Positions 1 to 10,821 of a DNA stretch of 64,000 bases are shown here, one piece after another (within the stretch, counting starts at the first letter, position 1; each line of letters begins with the position of its first letter). Under the pieces are notes generated by a model. It did not search any database and was not told where the DNA came from. It saw only the letters and a list, made by a program, of their open reading frames with translations. The DNA comes from Thermodesulfobacteriota bacterium (GTDB lineage Bacteria; Desulfobacterota; Desulfarculia; JACQYL01): positions 448,001 to 512,000 of the forward strand of contig CAXXLZ010000001.1 in NCBI GenBank assembly GCA_963675595.2, read 5' to 3'. Both the position numbers and the translations under genes were made by a program.

Positions 1-1216
1 CACGCGTGGGGACGAAAGGCTCCCGGCCCTGCACACGAAGGGCCGCGTTGATCCCGGCCATCAATCCCTGTGCCGCGGCCTCTTCGTATCCCGAAGTGCC
101 GTTGATCTGTCCGGCAAAGAACAGACCGCCCACTTCCTTGGTTTCCAGGCTGTGATGGAGGTGGGTCGGGTCTACATAATCGTATTCAATGCCGTATCCG
201 GGACGGACGATTTCCGCTTTCTCCAGTCCCGGGATGGATTTGACCATCCGAATTTGAGTCTCAATGGGCAGAGAGGTGGGAATCCCGTTGGGGTAGACTT
301 CTTCGGTTTCCATTCCCTCGGGTTCCAGGAAAATCTGATGCCTGGGTTTTTCACGGAACCGGACCACCTTGTCTTCGATGGACGGGCAATATCGTGCCCC
401 CACCCCGGTGATGACGCCGGCGTAAAGGGGAGACTGGTCCAGGGAGCCCAGAATGATTTCGTGCGTCTTATCATTGGTGTAGGTGATGTAACAAGGAACC
501 TGCTCACGTTCGATGGGGGGTGAAAAAAAGGAGAACGGGCGTGGGTTCGGGTCGCCGTGCTGGGGCTCGAGGCCCTGGAAATCAATGGTGCGGCCGTTGA
601 GGCGCGGCGTGGTACCGGTTTTCAAACGACCCACTCGGAAGCCCAACTGAGAAAGACAGTCGGAGAGCCGGTTGCTGGGCGGGTCGCCCAACCGCCCTGC
701 GGGGAAGTTCTTGAGACCGATGTGCACCAGACCGTGCAGAAACGTTCCGGTGGTGAGAATTACATTGGGTGCGAAAAAACGTTGACCGATGCCGGTTTCG
801 ATTCCCCGGACCCGATGGTCTTCCACCAGGATGAGGTCGGCGGTTCCCTGTTTGACATCCAGATGCTCCTGGTGTTCCAGGACACGGCGCATCAATCGTT
901 TGTACAGTTCCATGTCCGCTTGGGCTCTGGACGACTGTACGGCGGGCCCTTTCTTCGTGTTCAGGCGGCGGAACTGAATCCCCGCTTGGTCCGCCACCTG
1001 AGCCATACGTCCCCCAAGGGCGTCGATCTCCTTCACCAGATGTCCTTTGCCCAGACCTCCCACGGCGGGGTTGCAGCTCATGGCGGCAATGTGATCCACG
1101 TTGATCGTCAGCAGCAAGGCCCGACAGCCCATGCGGGCGGCGGCCAAGGCGGCCTCGCACCCCGCGTGCCCCGCGCCCACCACGATCACGTCATAGTCAT
1201 AAGTGTTTTCCGCCAT
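1..1216 (-). CDS. mnmG: tRNA uridine 5-carboxymethylaminomethyl modification enzyme MnmG/GidA (3' end runs off the window)
   Basis: Manual minus-strand translation from ATG at 1216 gives [30 protein letters not shown]. Internal [11 protein letters not shown] (~370-400) and [19 protein letters not shown] (~65-125) are also present. It is missing from the ORF track because no stop falls in the window. Confidence 0.96.
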   Translation of the reverse strand, partial: MAENTYDYDVIVVGAGHAGCEAALAAARMGCRALLLTINVDHIAAMSCNPAVGGLGKGHLVKEIDALGGRMAQVADQAGIQFRRLNTKKGPAVQSSRAQADMELYKRLMRRVLEHQEHLDVKQGTADLILVEDHRVRGIETGIGQRFFAPNVILTTGTFLHGLVHIGLKNFPAGRLGDPPSNRLSDCLSQLGFRVGRLKTGTTPRLNGRTIDFQGLEPQHGDPNPRPFSFFSPPIEREQVPCYITYTNDKTHEIILGSLDQSPLYAGVITGVGARYCPSIEDKVVRFREKPRHQIFLEPEGMETEEVYPNGIPTSLPIETQIRMVKSIPGLEKAEIVRPGYGIEYDYVDPTHLHHSLETKEVGGLFFAGQINGTSGYEEAAAQGLMAGINAALRVQGREPFVPTR

Positions 1217-1564
1217 GGGTGCTCAATTATCTCCCGAGAGTTATTTGATCGGACCGGTCAAAAACGTGGACTGTCGCGCCATGCTCCATCACTCGTCACA
1301 GTGATGTGCTCCATGCACGTCCTCTCGTGAGCGGCAGGAGTTGTATGTCGTCGTTCTTTTGTTCGCTCTTGTCGAATCCGGTTCTTTCAGCGGACTATGA
1401 TAATACGGATTCATATAACAGATTCTCTCTCAAGATGCATCCGGTCCGGAGAAAACGACGATGAAGCCGTTGGATCGAGGATGCGGTTACTCTTGAACAT
1501 GGGGAGGATTGGATAGGGAGGTTTCCGGAGCCACGGATACCCCTTCAAGCGGGAAATGAGAGAA

Positions 1565-1588
1565 GGGCGGAGCAGGGACGCTCCGCCC
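1565..1588 (-). terminator. GC-rich hairpin, probable terminator after the GalT-like gene
   Basis: GGGCGGAGC-agggac-GCTCCGCCC is a perfect 9-bp stem, followed on the minus strand by pyrimidine-rich TTCTCTCATTT, ~20 bp past the stop at 1609. Confidence 0.55.
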
Positions 1589-1608
1589 GATCAATCGACC
1601 AACGGAGA

Positions 1609-2640
1609 TCAGGACTGGAAAAACGTCCGCAGCCCCTCGGCTATTTCCTCAGGCGTGAAAAAGGTGGTGGATTCGTCGTGCATTCGTTCGAAGTAATTGA
1701 TGTCCGATACGCCGAAACCGGGCAGATTCACCCTCGGGATCAGACGGACAAGATGGAAAACCGAGTCGGCATCGGTAACGGCGGATGTGTAGAGGCTGAA
1801 GTTGAAGCTCTGAATGTTTCGGCTTCCGAAGAAGCGGATGACCCGGGACATGCCGTCCGCCAGATCACGCGTCAGAGAAGAGGATAAGGACAAGAAACCG
1901 GATGACCTTGGGAGGACCCCCCACAGGTCCATCAGGCCTTTGGGCGCGAATGCGCTGAGCCAGTGGACTTCCCCTGTTCGACCCACGTATCGTTTTCCAT
2001 CGGTGACTTCATGTTCGAGCAAAGCGTCGAAAATCGCTCCCGAATCTTGTCCGTTGAACTCACCGGCGGCCCGCAGCAATGTCGCCTGGTAGCGGGTCGG
2101 TGTGTTCGAGGCGAGAACTTGGACATGGGGATGAATGAGACCCGCACCGGACAACGGCATGTAATTGCAGTTCACCGAAGCGTGGATGCAATCGGGGTTT
2201 TGCTCCACGATCTTAATCAGGTAGGCCTTCGCCACTGCGAGACCATCGGTCACAAGCTCCGGCCGGAAATCCGCCGGTGCCACGAAATGATCCGGACCCA
2301 GCACGGCTACGGCGCTGTGCCGGGCATAAGGAAAGGCATTGGGGAACAAGGTGGCGCAACCTTCTCGAATGCGCCCGCCGGGCACTCCGAAAGAGGGCAG
2401 GAAACGGCTTGTCTTGGCTTCCAGGACCTCAGGGCAGAAGGGACAGGTCTCCTTGGATCGTTCGACGATTTGAGTGAGGTCCACCGGTTCGAAGGGCTTC
2501 AGTCTGAAGGGAACGATGCGGCAGACGTGTCCGGAAAGAGGGTCTATTCGGACTTCGCCTTTCATGGTGGCGGGTTCAAATCCTTTGAAAGGACTTTCAA
2601 AGGTAGCCTCCTGAGCCTCTGCGACAAAATCCAGTTTCAT
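1609..2640 (-). CDS. Galactose-1-phosphate uridylyltransferase-like (GalT/HIT superfamily) nucleotidyltransferase
   Basis: EVRIDPLSG, CPFCP Zn motif, FPNAFPY and HPHVQ (HxHxQ catalytic motif). Confidence 0.8.
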   Translation of the reverse strand: MKLDFVAEAQEATFESPFKGFEPATMKGEVRIDPLSGHVCRIVPFRLKPFEPVDLTQIVERSKETCPFCPEVLEAKTSRFLPSFGVPGGRIREGCATLFPNAFPYARHSAVAVLGPDHFVAPADFRPELVTDGLAVAKAYLIKIVEQNPDCIHASVNCNYMPLSGAGLIHPHVQVLASNTPTRYQATLLRAAGEFNGQDSGAIFDALLEHEVTDGKRYVGRTGEVHWLSAFAPKGLMDLWGVLPRSSGFLSLSSSLTRDLADGMSRVIRFFGSRNIQSFNFSLYTSAVTDADSVFHLVRLIPRVNLPGFGVSDINYFERMHDESTTFFTPEEIAEGLRTFFQS

Positions 2641-2673
2641 TTTCTACCTCCCCGAGCTTGCCACGACGGACGT

Positions 2674-3246
2674 TCAGACGGTTTCCGCCGTTTCTTTACG
2701 CGTGCGTCCTTCATGAGTGCGTACGTATTCCGAGACTTCCACACGAACCCTTTCCGTAACCAGGTCCGCTTTGTCGATGAGCCACAAAGGTGCCGATGTG
2801 CCGGTCATGACCAATTCCACGTTTCTGGGTTTCGCTCTGATGAGGTCCTTGGTCTCCGATTCCGTGATCCAACCTGCCGTCAGGGCGTCCAGAACGCCGT
2901 CGGCTATGACGAGAGCGTAAGAGCCGGACTTCAGCGCTTCGATGAGTCTGGTGATGCCTTGATGGGGATTGCCGGAGGGAACGTCGCGGATATCGGGTAG
3001 GCTTCCCGGCAGGCCGAAAAGTTCGATTTTAATTTTGGGCAAAAGCTCTCGAATGGCCGCGTAACCATGAATTTCGTCGTGCCGGAAGCGGGCCATGAAG
3101 GTCTCGAAGCGGTAAGTGGACATTCGGACCGCCAAGCCGAAAATGGCCAGCGATTTCCCGTAGCCGCTTCCCATGTGTATCTGCGTGTAGCCTTGCCGGA
3201 TCTTCTTGGGAGGTCTTGATGGCTTGCGGTTGGGCATACTGTCCAT
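2674..3246 (-). CDS. Cob(I)alamin adenosyltransferase (CobA/BtuR/CobO)-like protein, divergent
   Basis: GYTQIHMGSGYGKSLAIFGLAVRM resembles the GxGKGKTTAAxGxAxR P-loop. KPRNVELVMTG and ADLVTE match the family C-terminal region. Several canonical residues are changed. Confidence 0.7.
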   Translation of the reverse strand: MDSMPNRKPSRPPKKIRQGYTQIHMGSGYGKSLAIFGLAVRMSTYRFETFMARFRHDEIHGYAAIRELLPKIKIELFGLPGSLPDIRDVPSGNPHQGITRLIEALKSGSYALVIADGVLDALTAGWITESETKDLIRAKPRNVELVMTGTSAPLWLIDKADLVTERVRVEVSEYVRTHEGRTRKETAETV

Positions 3247-3865
3247 GGATTCTTCGTTTCTCGTGGGTTTTCGGCATAGCCGGCCGGTGCTCCGGCAAGG
3301 GATCGGGTTCTCCCGATGATTAATCGAAAGTCGCTTTGTTGCTTGAACGGTGGAGCGCCGACGGGTACAAAGGCCGCAGTCGGGGATCCTCGCTCGTTGG
3401 GTTCATGATCTCCCCGTATGTTCACCTTGATCGGACTCTCGACCGGAAGATTCCATCATCTCCGGCAAAGGTGCTTCCAAGAGAAGCAGCGGGACCGGGC
3501 AAGGATAACGAGTTCGCTGTTGAGCGCGAGGCAACAGAGGATTCTTGGATTACACGAGCGAAACATGCGGCAAAGATTTTTCTAACGTAAGGGTCGGAAG
3601 ACTGTCAAGAGAGTTGTATATTTTCCGGAACGGCAGGTCCCGCTTTGGCGAAAATCCTCGCGTCGGGCTTCGGCGAGGTAACGGATATTTTTCGCGACTT
3701 ATTGGTTCCGTAGCGCGGCTTCCGGGCCAAACACTTGATCGCCGAGAAGCCGGGCCTTAAACTCCCCCGAAGTACCGTCCGAGCGTATCGTCGATTGATG
3801 CGATAGAAGGGCATGAACGACGGCCCTCAATTCCTTTTGTCCTTTGGAACCCCACATGAGCCAAG

Positions 3866-5221
3866 ATGCGCTGTCTCTTTGTTAATCCACAAATCGGCGA
3901 CTTTTTCGAGGGGCTGACTCCCGGGCAGGTGCCCTTGCTCAAAAGGGTGGTGGCCGGCAGCAGAACGTTGCGGGAACGCCTCGAATTCAGCCGCAAAGCC
4001 CTGTCGTCGTTAGGACTCCTCACCGCGGCGACTGTGGGCTCCGGAGTTCGGCCCGGCGTACATTTCGACTTTATCGACGAGAATCTGGATGCGCGGGCGG
4101 TGGAAGACGAGCTCGAGCAGGGAGTGGACCTTCTTGCTCTGGGCGGTACCGTCTATCAGATGAATCGCATCCTGGCCTTGATCCGGGAAGCGGTTAAGCG
4201 GAAGATTCCCGTTGTGGTGGGCGGCGCTGCGGCGATGACCTTCCCGGACCTGTTTATGCGGAAAGGCGTCTCCGTCGTTCTTGGAGAGAGTGAGCCACTT
4301 TTCCCGGAATTCTTGACCGATTGGGAAAAGGGCGCTCCCAAAGGCAGGTACGAGTCGCATTCCAATGCCGGTATGGATCTCAAACACTCTCCCGTGCCGG
4401 ACTTCTCTCTGGCCGAGACGTACGACCACACCTTCGTCGGGATTCAGACGAGCCGGGGCTGTCCCTATCACTGTGAATTCTGTCAAGTCTCCGGGATGCT
4501 TGGAGACACCTACCGACGAAAACCCTTGGAGCGTATCGTGGAAGAAACACGGCGGGTGAAGTCTCTGTGGCCCGATGCGTTCTTTTTCTTCTATGACAAC
4601 AATTTTTTTGCCGACCGTGAGTTCGCGCGCGGTGTCCTTTTAAGTCTATCCCGCGAAGGCGTAAAGCTGGGGCGGTGGGGCACCAACGCCGACGCTTCGG
4701 TGTACGAAGACGGGGAGCTGCTGGATTTGGCGATGAGCCTCGGTCCTCTGGATTATCTGGGTATCGGGTTCGAATCTCTTTCCGGGGACAGCCTGAGCAC
4801 CATAAAGAATCGGAAGAAAGCCGGCCTTCTGAAGAAGTACGATGAGGTTGTAGCGGCCCTTAAGGCCAAAGGTGTGGGCGTTTTCGGATATTTCATGTTC
4901 GGGTTCGAAAACGGCACGGCGGGCGATCTGGAAGCGGCGGTCCAATTTATTCTTCATCACGATATTGACGCCCAAATCAGCCGCCTTGTTCCCATGCCCG
5001 GAACCCGTCTTTATGATCGACTACTGGACGAGGTCCGGGAACGATCCGGTGCGGTGAGCAGAGGGCCTTTAGGACGTTGGAATCAAGTGCGGGAATTGCT
5101 TCTGGAGAAGAGCGGCTTTACTTTGCTCGGCCTTACCGAGTTGCTGGCCGGAGCCTATGAACGGATCTACGACGATTCCAGGCGCGCTTCGGCTCTCCCG
5201 CTGCCTGCTCCCTTTCTTTGA
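3866..5221 (+). CDS. Cobalamin-binding radical SAM protein (1)
   Basis: N-terminal B12-binding Rossmann-like region (LGLLT...IDENL...VVVGG), QTSRGCPYHCEFC (CxxxCxxC), IGFES, FMFGF, PMPGT. Confidence 0.9.
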   Translation: MRCLFVNPQIGDFFEGLTPGQVPLLKRVVAGSRTLRERLEFSRKALSSLGLLTAATVGSGVRPGVHFDFIDENLDARAVEDELEQGVDLLALGGTVYQMNRILALIREAVKRKIPVVVGGAAAMTFPDLFMRKGVSVVLGESEPLFPEFLTDWEKGAPKGRYESHSNAGMDLKHSPVPDFSLAETYDHTFVGIQTSRGCPYHCEFCQVSGMLGDTYRRKPLERIVEETRRVKSLWPDAFFFFYDNNFFADREFARGVLLSLSREGVKLGRWGTNADASVYEDGELLDLAMSLGPLDYLGIGFESLSGDSLSTIKNRKKAGLLKKYDEVVAALKAKGVGVFGYFMFGFENGTAGDLEAAVQFILHHDIDAQISRLVPMPGTRLYDRLLDEVRERSGAVSRGPLGRWNQVRELLLEKSGFTLLGLTELLAGAYERIYDDSRRASALPLPAPFL

Positions 5222-5257
5222 CGGCGCCGCCGCACTATCCCGTGTTTAGGAGCTGAA

Positions 5258-8200
5258 TTGCATTCGGACGAGGAACATTATCGCCGTTGGAAAGGGGAAT
5301 TGCAAACGGCCGAGGCCGTGGCGGTCGTGGGACTGGCCGCCCGGCTCCCCGGGGCTTCCGATATCCTGCGGTTCTGGAGGAACCTGGAGTCGGCCAGGGA
5401 CTGCATCACGGAAGTGACCCGTTGGAACCACGAATCGCTGTTTTCAACCAACCGGGAAGAGCCGGGAAAGACTTACTGTAAATGGGGGGGCTTCCTCGAC
5501 AGTGTGGACCGTTTCGATTCGGGATTCTTTCAGGTATCCCCGGCCCAGGCCCTCGAAATGGACCCAAGGCAGCGGCTGTTTCTGGAAGTCGCCTGGGAAG
5601 CCATCGAGAACGCGGGCATACCGGCGAGAGACCTCGCCGGCTCAAAGACCGGTGTGTTCGTGGGGGCTTCGAACAATCAGTACCTTCATCTATGGGGAAG
5701 CTCCGGTCTCGGAAGAATGAACGGTCTGGACAATACCGGCGCCGGTATCGCCAATCGCGTGTCCTTCTTCCTGGATTTGCGGGGACCGAGCACCGCGGTG
5801 GACACCACCTGCTCTTCTTCGATGACGGCGGTTCACACAGCCTGCCGGAGCCTGCTTTCGGGCGAATCGGAAACCGCGCTGGCCGGGGGAGTTCATCTGA
5901 ATCTTCTTCCGGAATATTACCTGACCATGAGCCGGATGCGCCTCCTGGCGTCCGAGGGGAAGCACCGGGTACTGGACCGACGGGCCGACGGCTTCATACC
6001 CGGAGAAGGCGTCGCGGTTGTGGTGCTCAAGCCGTTGGACCGGGCAATCCGCGACGGAGATACGATTCATGCGGTCATTCGGGGCTCGGCCGTGAATTAC
6101 TCCGGCAGGACGGGCCATTTGACGGAGCCGTCCCCGGAGGCCGAGAAGGAGGTGGTGGCCGAAGCCTTGGCCCGGTCGGATGTGGACCCGGAAAGCGTCT
6201 CTTATATCGAGCTCAACGGGGCGGGTACGGTCCTGGGCGATTCCGCGGAGGCCAACGCGCTTGGGGAGATATTCGGCGGGAATCGGAGCGGTCCCCTGTT
6301 CCTGGGCTCGGTGAAGAGCGGCATCGGCAACCTCGAGGCCGCCTCCGGCTTGGTGGGAATGATCAAAGTGATCCTGTCCATGCGTTTCCGAACCTTGCCC
6401 GCCATGCTTCATTTCGAGCAACCCAACCGGTTCGTTCGGTGGCGGGAGCTACCTTTTCAGGTGGTTTCGGAAACCGTACCGTGGGATGAGCGTTGTCGTC
6501 CCTTTCGTGCCGGGGTGAGTTCCTTCGGAGTGGGTGGAGCCAACGTACATGTCGTGCTCGAAGAGTGCCCCCGAGACATGGGAAACAAGGGACTCCCGGG
6601 CACCGTTCACCTATCACGGCCGCGTGAGGTTGATGAACGCCCCAGGCTCTTCGTCTGTTCGGCCCGGTCTCGTGAGGCGCTGAAACAGGGGCTGAGCAGA
6701 CTGTACCAAACGGTGGCGGAACGGATAGGCCCCGACGACCTTGGGAATCTGGCCTACACTCTGGCTGCGGGCAGGGAGCATTTCTCCCATCGTTTGGCCT
6801 GGGTCGTCTCCACCGGGGATGAGCTGCTTTCCGCCATGCGCCGATGCATGGAAACGGAAACATGGGAAAGTCTTTCCGAGGAGGAAGGGTGCTTTTACGG
6901 GGTGGCACCGACAACGAATACAAGGCGAAAAAAATCCTTCCCATGGATGGCCGAGGGAAAAAAGGAGGCGGCATCCGCCCGTCGTAACCCTGAGTTCGTA
7001 TTCGCCTTTGCGGCCTTCCGACCCGAGGATACGGCTTCATGGCGGGATGTGGAGTCTTGCGGAGCACCGGCTTGGATCCGCAAGTCCCTCATGGAACGGA
7101 AAGGCAAGGTGAACGCACTCCTGGACCGCTTTTTGTCGTCTGCGCGAGAGCGAGGCTTCACGCTTTCCAGCCAAGTCGCCGATAAGATCGAATGGGTGCT
7201 TCGAGGCATGGCGTTTCAGGAAACCGCAGCGCGCTTTCTATGGGAACTCGGTGTTCGGCCCGTCCGGACCGTGGCGGTCGGGTGGGGGGAATATGCGAAA
7301 CACTGCTTCGAGAATCCCGATGAATTGGAGACGATCTGCTCGGACTTGATGAACCGGGCGTCCTTGGACGAGCCGTTCATGGGAGAGTCCGATCCGCCTT
7401 TTGGTGTTTCCGACCCTGATGTTTTTGTTTTTTCGCCCGCATCGGTGCTTCGAGGCGGCGAGCTGTTGGGTCGGGCCGCCCGAGCCCACGTGCGGGGAGT
7501 GAGCCTCCGGTGGGAGTTGTCGACGGACGACGGTCTCAAACGCAAGTTGGCGTTACCCTCCTATCCTTTCGAGGGGCGGAGGTATTGGCCCGTTCCGGAC
7601 GGTGTCGAGCCGACAGGATCCGAGGCCTTGGAAGTCGGCGTGGAGAGGGAAGCGGCCGAGAACGCCAACCGCGCTTCGACGGATGTGGGGCCGGTTCGCT
7701 CCGAGGACCTTGCAGAGCGGATTAGTTCCGTTTTCATGCACGGCATGGTGGAGAAACTGGGCTTTCGCCCTGAAGAAATCGATGTGGACCGGCCGTTGGA
7801 GGCCTATGGATTCGACTCCATTTTCCTGGTTTCCTGCCTGGAGGAGTTGGAGCGGTCTTTGGGTGTGGTCATCAGCCGTTTCGAGGTCACGGATGCATCG
7901 ACTCTTCGGGGTATCGTGGAATGTTGCGTCTCCGTGGTCCTTCGGAAAAGTCCTGCTTCGGGCACCATTCGCCACACGTTTTCGGTGGGTACCCGCCGAA
8001 CCGATCGGAACGACTCCGAGGAGAGAATCGCAGTGGTGGGGATGGCGGGACGTTTTCCGGGAGCGGACGACCTGGACGAATACTGGGAGAACCTAATTTC
8101 CGCTCGGGAGTCCATTGTGGAGGTTCCACAGGAACGCTTCGACCTGTCTGCGCTCTACGACCCGGATTCCAGAAAGCCGGGGAAGACGGTCTCGAAATGG

Positions 8201-9307
8201 GCGGGGCTCATCCGGGATATCGATTCCTTCGACGCTGCCGGCTTCCACGTGCATCCCAGAGCGCTGCGGAGCATGGACCCGCAACAACGGCTTCTCCTAC
8301 AGGAGGCGAAAAAAGCCCTCACGGACGCCGGGTACGAGCCCGGAAGCGGTCTTCCCAAGCGAGTGGGTGTCTACGTCGGCGTGAGCGCCCATGAATACGC
8401 GTGGCGGCTGCTGCGCGACGGAAAGCCGCTGGATCATTACGCGGGTCTGGGAACGGCCCGATCCATGGCGGCGAACCGGATATCTCATTTCTTCGGTTTT
8501 ACGGGGCCGAGCCTCACCGTGGATACGGCCTGTTCCTCCTCTTTGGCCGCCGTTCACCTGGCGGTGCGGGCTCTGCAAAGAGGGGAATGCGACGTCGCTC
8601 TGGCAGGCGGCGTCAACTTGATTCTGGACCCGTCGGCGTTCTTGATCTTCAGCAAGGCGGGTGTGCTTTCCCCCTCGGGGAGTTGCAGGGTATTCGACGA
8701 CGGTGGGGACGGGTACGTGCGCGGAGAAGCGGCGGGCGTGGTGGTACTTGAAACTCTGGATCGGGCCTTGCGTAATGAGGACGGAATCCGAGGAGTGGTG
8801 CTGGGCTCGGCGCTCAATCATAACGGCGAAAACTTCAGCATCACCGCGCCGAGTCTCCGCGGGCAAATTGCTCTGCTGGAGGAGGTCTACGGAGGCACGG
8901 GCGTCGATCCGGGTTCGATTTCCTACGTGGAGGCCGGAAGCACGGGGAGCAGGGAAGGCGATCCTTTGGAGACGAGGGCTCTCCTCTTCGTGCTGGATGG
9001 GTCGTCGTCTCCCGTGTCGTGCGCCTTGGGGTCCGTCAAACCCAATATCGGACACGCCGAGGCGGCATCGGGTATCGCAGGGTTGCTCAAAGTACTGCTT
9101 GCCCTGCAACGAAAAACCATTCCGCCTTTAGTGATCCATTCGGCCATGAACCGGGCGATCGATCTTTCGGCTTCGCGATTGTTCATTCCGCATGGGCCTC
9201 TCGGGTGGCCCGTGGGCGAACTCCCGAGACGTGCCGCCGTCACTTCCTTCGGGTACGGGGGAGCCAACGCGCATTTGGTAGTGGAAGAGGCGCCGTCGGC
9301 CGACTGA
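5258..9307 (+). CDS. Type I PKS-like protein: KS0 - eroded AT - ACP - KS0
   Basis: KS1 has MDPRQR, DTTCSSS, ELNGAGT and KSGIGNLE. It is followed by the KS-AT linker (LAYTLAAGREHF), LPSYPFEGRRYW and an ACP (YGFDSI). KS2 has MDPQQR, DTACSSS, EAGSTGS and KPNIGHAE. TTG start with AGGAG RBS. Confidence 0.92.
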   Translation: MHSDEEHYRRWKGELQTAEAVAVVGLAARLPGASDILRFWRNLESARDCITEVTRWNHESLFSTNREEPGKTYCKWGGFLDSVDRFDSGFFQVSPAQALEMDPRQRLFLEVAWEAIENAGIPARDLAGSKTGVFVGASNNQYLHLWGSSGLGRMNGLDNTGAGIANRVSFFLDLRGPSTAVDTTCSSSMTAVHTACRSLLSGESETALAGGVHLNLLPEYYLTMSRMRLLASEGKHRVLDRRADGFIPGEGVAVVVLKPLDRAIRDGDTIHAVIRGSAVNYSGRTGHLTEPSPEAEKEVVAEALARSDVDPESVSYIELNGAGTVLGDSAEANALGEIFGGNRSGPLFLGSVKSGIGNLEAASGLVGMIKVILSMRFRTLPAMLHFEQPNRFVRWRELPFQVVSETVPWDERCRPFRAGVSSFGVGGANVHVVLEECPRDMGNKGLPGTVHLSRPREVDERPRLFVCSARSREALKQGLSRLYQTVAERIGPDDLGNLAYTLAAGREHFSHRLAWVVSTGDELLSAMRRCMETETWESLSEEEGCFYGVAPTTNTRRKKSFPWMAEGKKEAASARRNPEFVFAFAAFRPEDTASWRDVESCGAPAWIRKSLMERKGKVNALLDRFLSSARERGFTLSSQVADKIEWVLRGMAFQETAARFLWELGVRPVRTVAVGWGEYAKHCFENPDELETICSDLMNRASLDEPFMGESDPPFGVSDPDVFVFSPASVLRGGELLGRAARAHVRGVSLRWELSTDDGLKRKLALPSYPFEGRRYWPVPDGVEPTGSEALEVGVEREAAENANRASTDVGPVRSEDLAERISSVFMHGMVEKLGFRPEEIDVDRPLEAYGFDSIFLVSCLEELERSLGVVISRFEVTDASTLRGIVECCVSVVLRKSPASGTIRHTFSVGTRRTDRNDSEERIAVVGMAGRFPGADDLDEYWENLISARESIVEVPQERFDLSALYDPDSRKPGKTVSKWAGLIRDIDSFDAAGFHVHPRALRSMDPQQRLLLQEAKKALTDAGYEPGSGLPKRVGVYVGVSAHEYAWRLLRDGKPLDHYAGLGTARSMAANRISHFFGFTGPSLTVDTACSSSLAAVHLAVRALQRGECDVALAGGVNLILDPSAFLIFSKAGVLSPSGSCRVFDDGGDGYVRGEAAGVVVLETLDRALRNEDGIRGVVLGSALNHNGENFSITAPSLRGQIALLEEVYGGTGVDPGSISYVEAGSTGSREGDPLETRALLFVLDGSSSPVSCALGSVKPNIGHAEAASGIAGLLKVLLALQRKTIPPLVIHSAMNRAIDLSASRLFIPHGPLGWPVGELPRRAAVTSFGYGGANAHLVVEEAPSAD

Positions 9308-9397
9308 ATGTGAGTCGCGCTTCCGCGGATCGAGGTGTTTCCCATGGACCGCAGCGGAAAAGCATCTCTGCGACTTTGAGGCAAAACGGAGTCCTGT

Positions 9398-10729
9398 TTG
9401 GTTGTTTTGCTGGTGAATCCCAACCGGGTTAAGCCTCTAGTCCCTCCGTTGGGACTGGAATACTTGTCCGATGCGCTGCGCCTTGCCGGGCACGAAGTGC
9501 TTTTCTTCGATCTGGGATTCCGGCCTCCCGCGTCTTTGTTCGAGCTGGTTCGGCGGAAGAAGCCTGACATCATCGGGGTTTCCATCCGAAACCTGGACGA
9601 CGTCACCCTGCTTCGGAAGCACAACTACGTGCCCGGCATCGTCCGTCTGGTGAGGGAACTCCAACGTGTCTCGGATGCCCGGATCGTTCTGGGGGGGGCC
9701 GGCTTCTCGATTCTACCCCGAGAGCTCATGGAAGTCACGGGTGCGGATTTCGGGATTGCCGGTGATGGGGAAGAAGCCATGGTGGGGCTTCTGAACGATC
9801 TCGGTCAACCGCAACATATTCCCCGGGTTTGGTTCCGGGAGGGTGGTCCTTCGGGGCCGGTCCGTTTTTCTTTCGAGGGGCTTTCCGGGTCCTGGGGAGC
9901 CGGTTGCTCGCCACGTTCACTGCTGGACTACGCAGGATATCTGCGTCGAGGGAGTTCGTGCAACGTTCAGACCAAACGAGGTTGCACTCACCGTTGTCTA
10001 TACTGTCCAGAGCCGCGTGTTATGGGACGGATGATGCGGCTGCGCCCCGCGGAAGCGGTTGCGGAGGAGTTCGAAATCCTCGCTTCCATGGGCGTCCGGG
10101 AGCGGGTCTTTTTGGTGGACTCGGAATTTAATCTTGTTGAGGAACATGCCCTGGAAGTCTGTCGGATTCTGACGGAAAGGGCCTCCGGGGTGAAATGGGT
10201 ATGTTCCATGACCCCGAAATACGTGACGGAAGAACTCATCGGCTTGATGAAACGGGCGGGTTGTGACATGGTGATTTGGAGCGTGGACTCCGTATCCGAT
10301 GCAACACTGCAATCCCTGAGAAAAGACGTAGAGGAGACGGATGTTTTTCGAGTGTGCGGCTGGTGCGAAAAGGCGGGCTTGCCTTATTGTCTGGCACTGC
10401 TGCTTGGCGGACCGGCGGAAACGCCGGACACATTGAAGGCAACCTTTCGGAACGCCGGGAAGACTCGGGCGGCGTTTATCGCCGTGGGTGTCGGCTTGAG
10501 AATCTATCCAGGTACCGGTTTGCACGAAGTGGCCTTGGCGGAGGGCCAAGTGACCCGAGAAACGGATTTCCTGCAGCCTGTGTACTATCGAGAAGCTTGG
10601 GTGCGCGACACGTTGATTCCTCTGGTTCGAACGCAGATCGCAGAGGAGAGAAGGGCGGTGATGTTCGGCTCTCGACCGGACGTGACGGTCGAGGCGGAGA
10701 TTCGGAAGGTTTATCCCGTGCCCTTTTGA
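9398..10729 (+). CDS. Cobalamin-binding radical SAM protein (2)
   Basis: LVNPN..PLVPPLGLEYL, IGVSIRNLDD, LGGAGFS, QTKRGCTHRCLYC, DSEFN, GLRIYPGT. Confidence 0.9.
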   Translation: MVVLLVNPNRVKPLVPPLGLEYLSDALRLAGHEVLFFDLGFRPPASLFELVRRKKPDIIGVSIRNLDDVTLLRKHNYVPGIVRLVRELQRVSDARIVLGGAGFSILPRELMEVTGADFGIAGDGEEAMVGLLNDLGQPQHIPRVWFREGGPSGPVRFSFEGLSGSWGAGCSPRSLLDYAGYLRRGSSCNVQTKRGCTHRCLYCPEPRVMGRMMRLRPAEAVAEEFEILASMGVRERVFLVDSEFNLVEEHALEVCRILTERASGVKWVCSMTPKYVTEELIGLMKRAGCDMVIWSVDSVSDATLQSLRKDVEETDVFRVCGWCEKAGLPYCLALLLGGPAETPDTLKATFRNAGKTRAAFIAVGVGLRIYPGTGLHEVALAEGQVTRETDFLQPVYYREAWVRDTLIPLVRTQIAEERRAVMFGSRPDVTVEAEIRKVYPVPF

Positions 10730-10821
10730 ACATGGTGTCGAACCGACCTGAAACAGTCCCCACCAGTAGATCCGAAGTATCCGACCGGACTGCCGACGGC
10801 CTCATCTGAACGGATTCAATC

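Noticed and set aside
557-1330. 257-aa plus-strand ORF and other ORFs over 152-1330
   Set aside because: These are antisense or alternative-frame shadows of mnmG.
3247-3865. Cobalamin riboswitch upstream of the B12-dependent cluster
   Set aside because: I could not find the conserved B12-box/GGGAA-GCCCCC elements by eye. An Rfam scan would be decisive.
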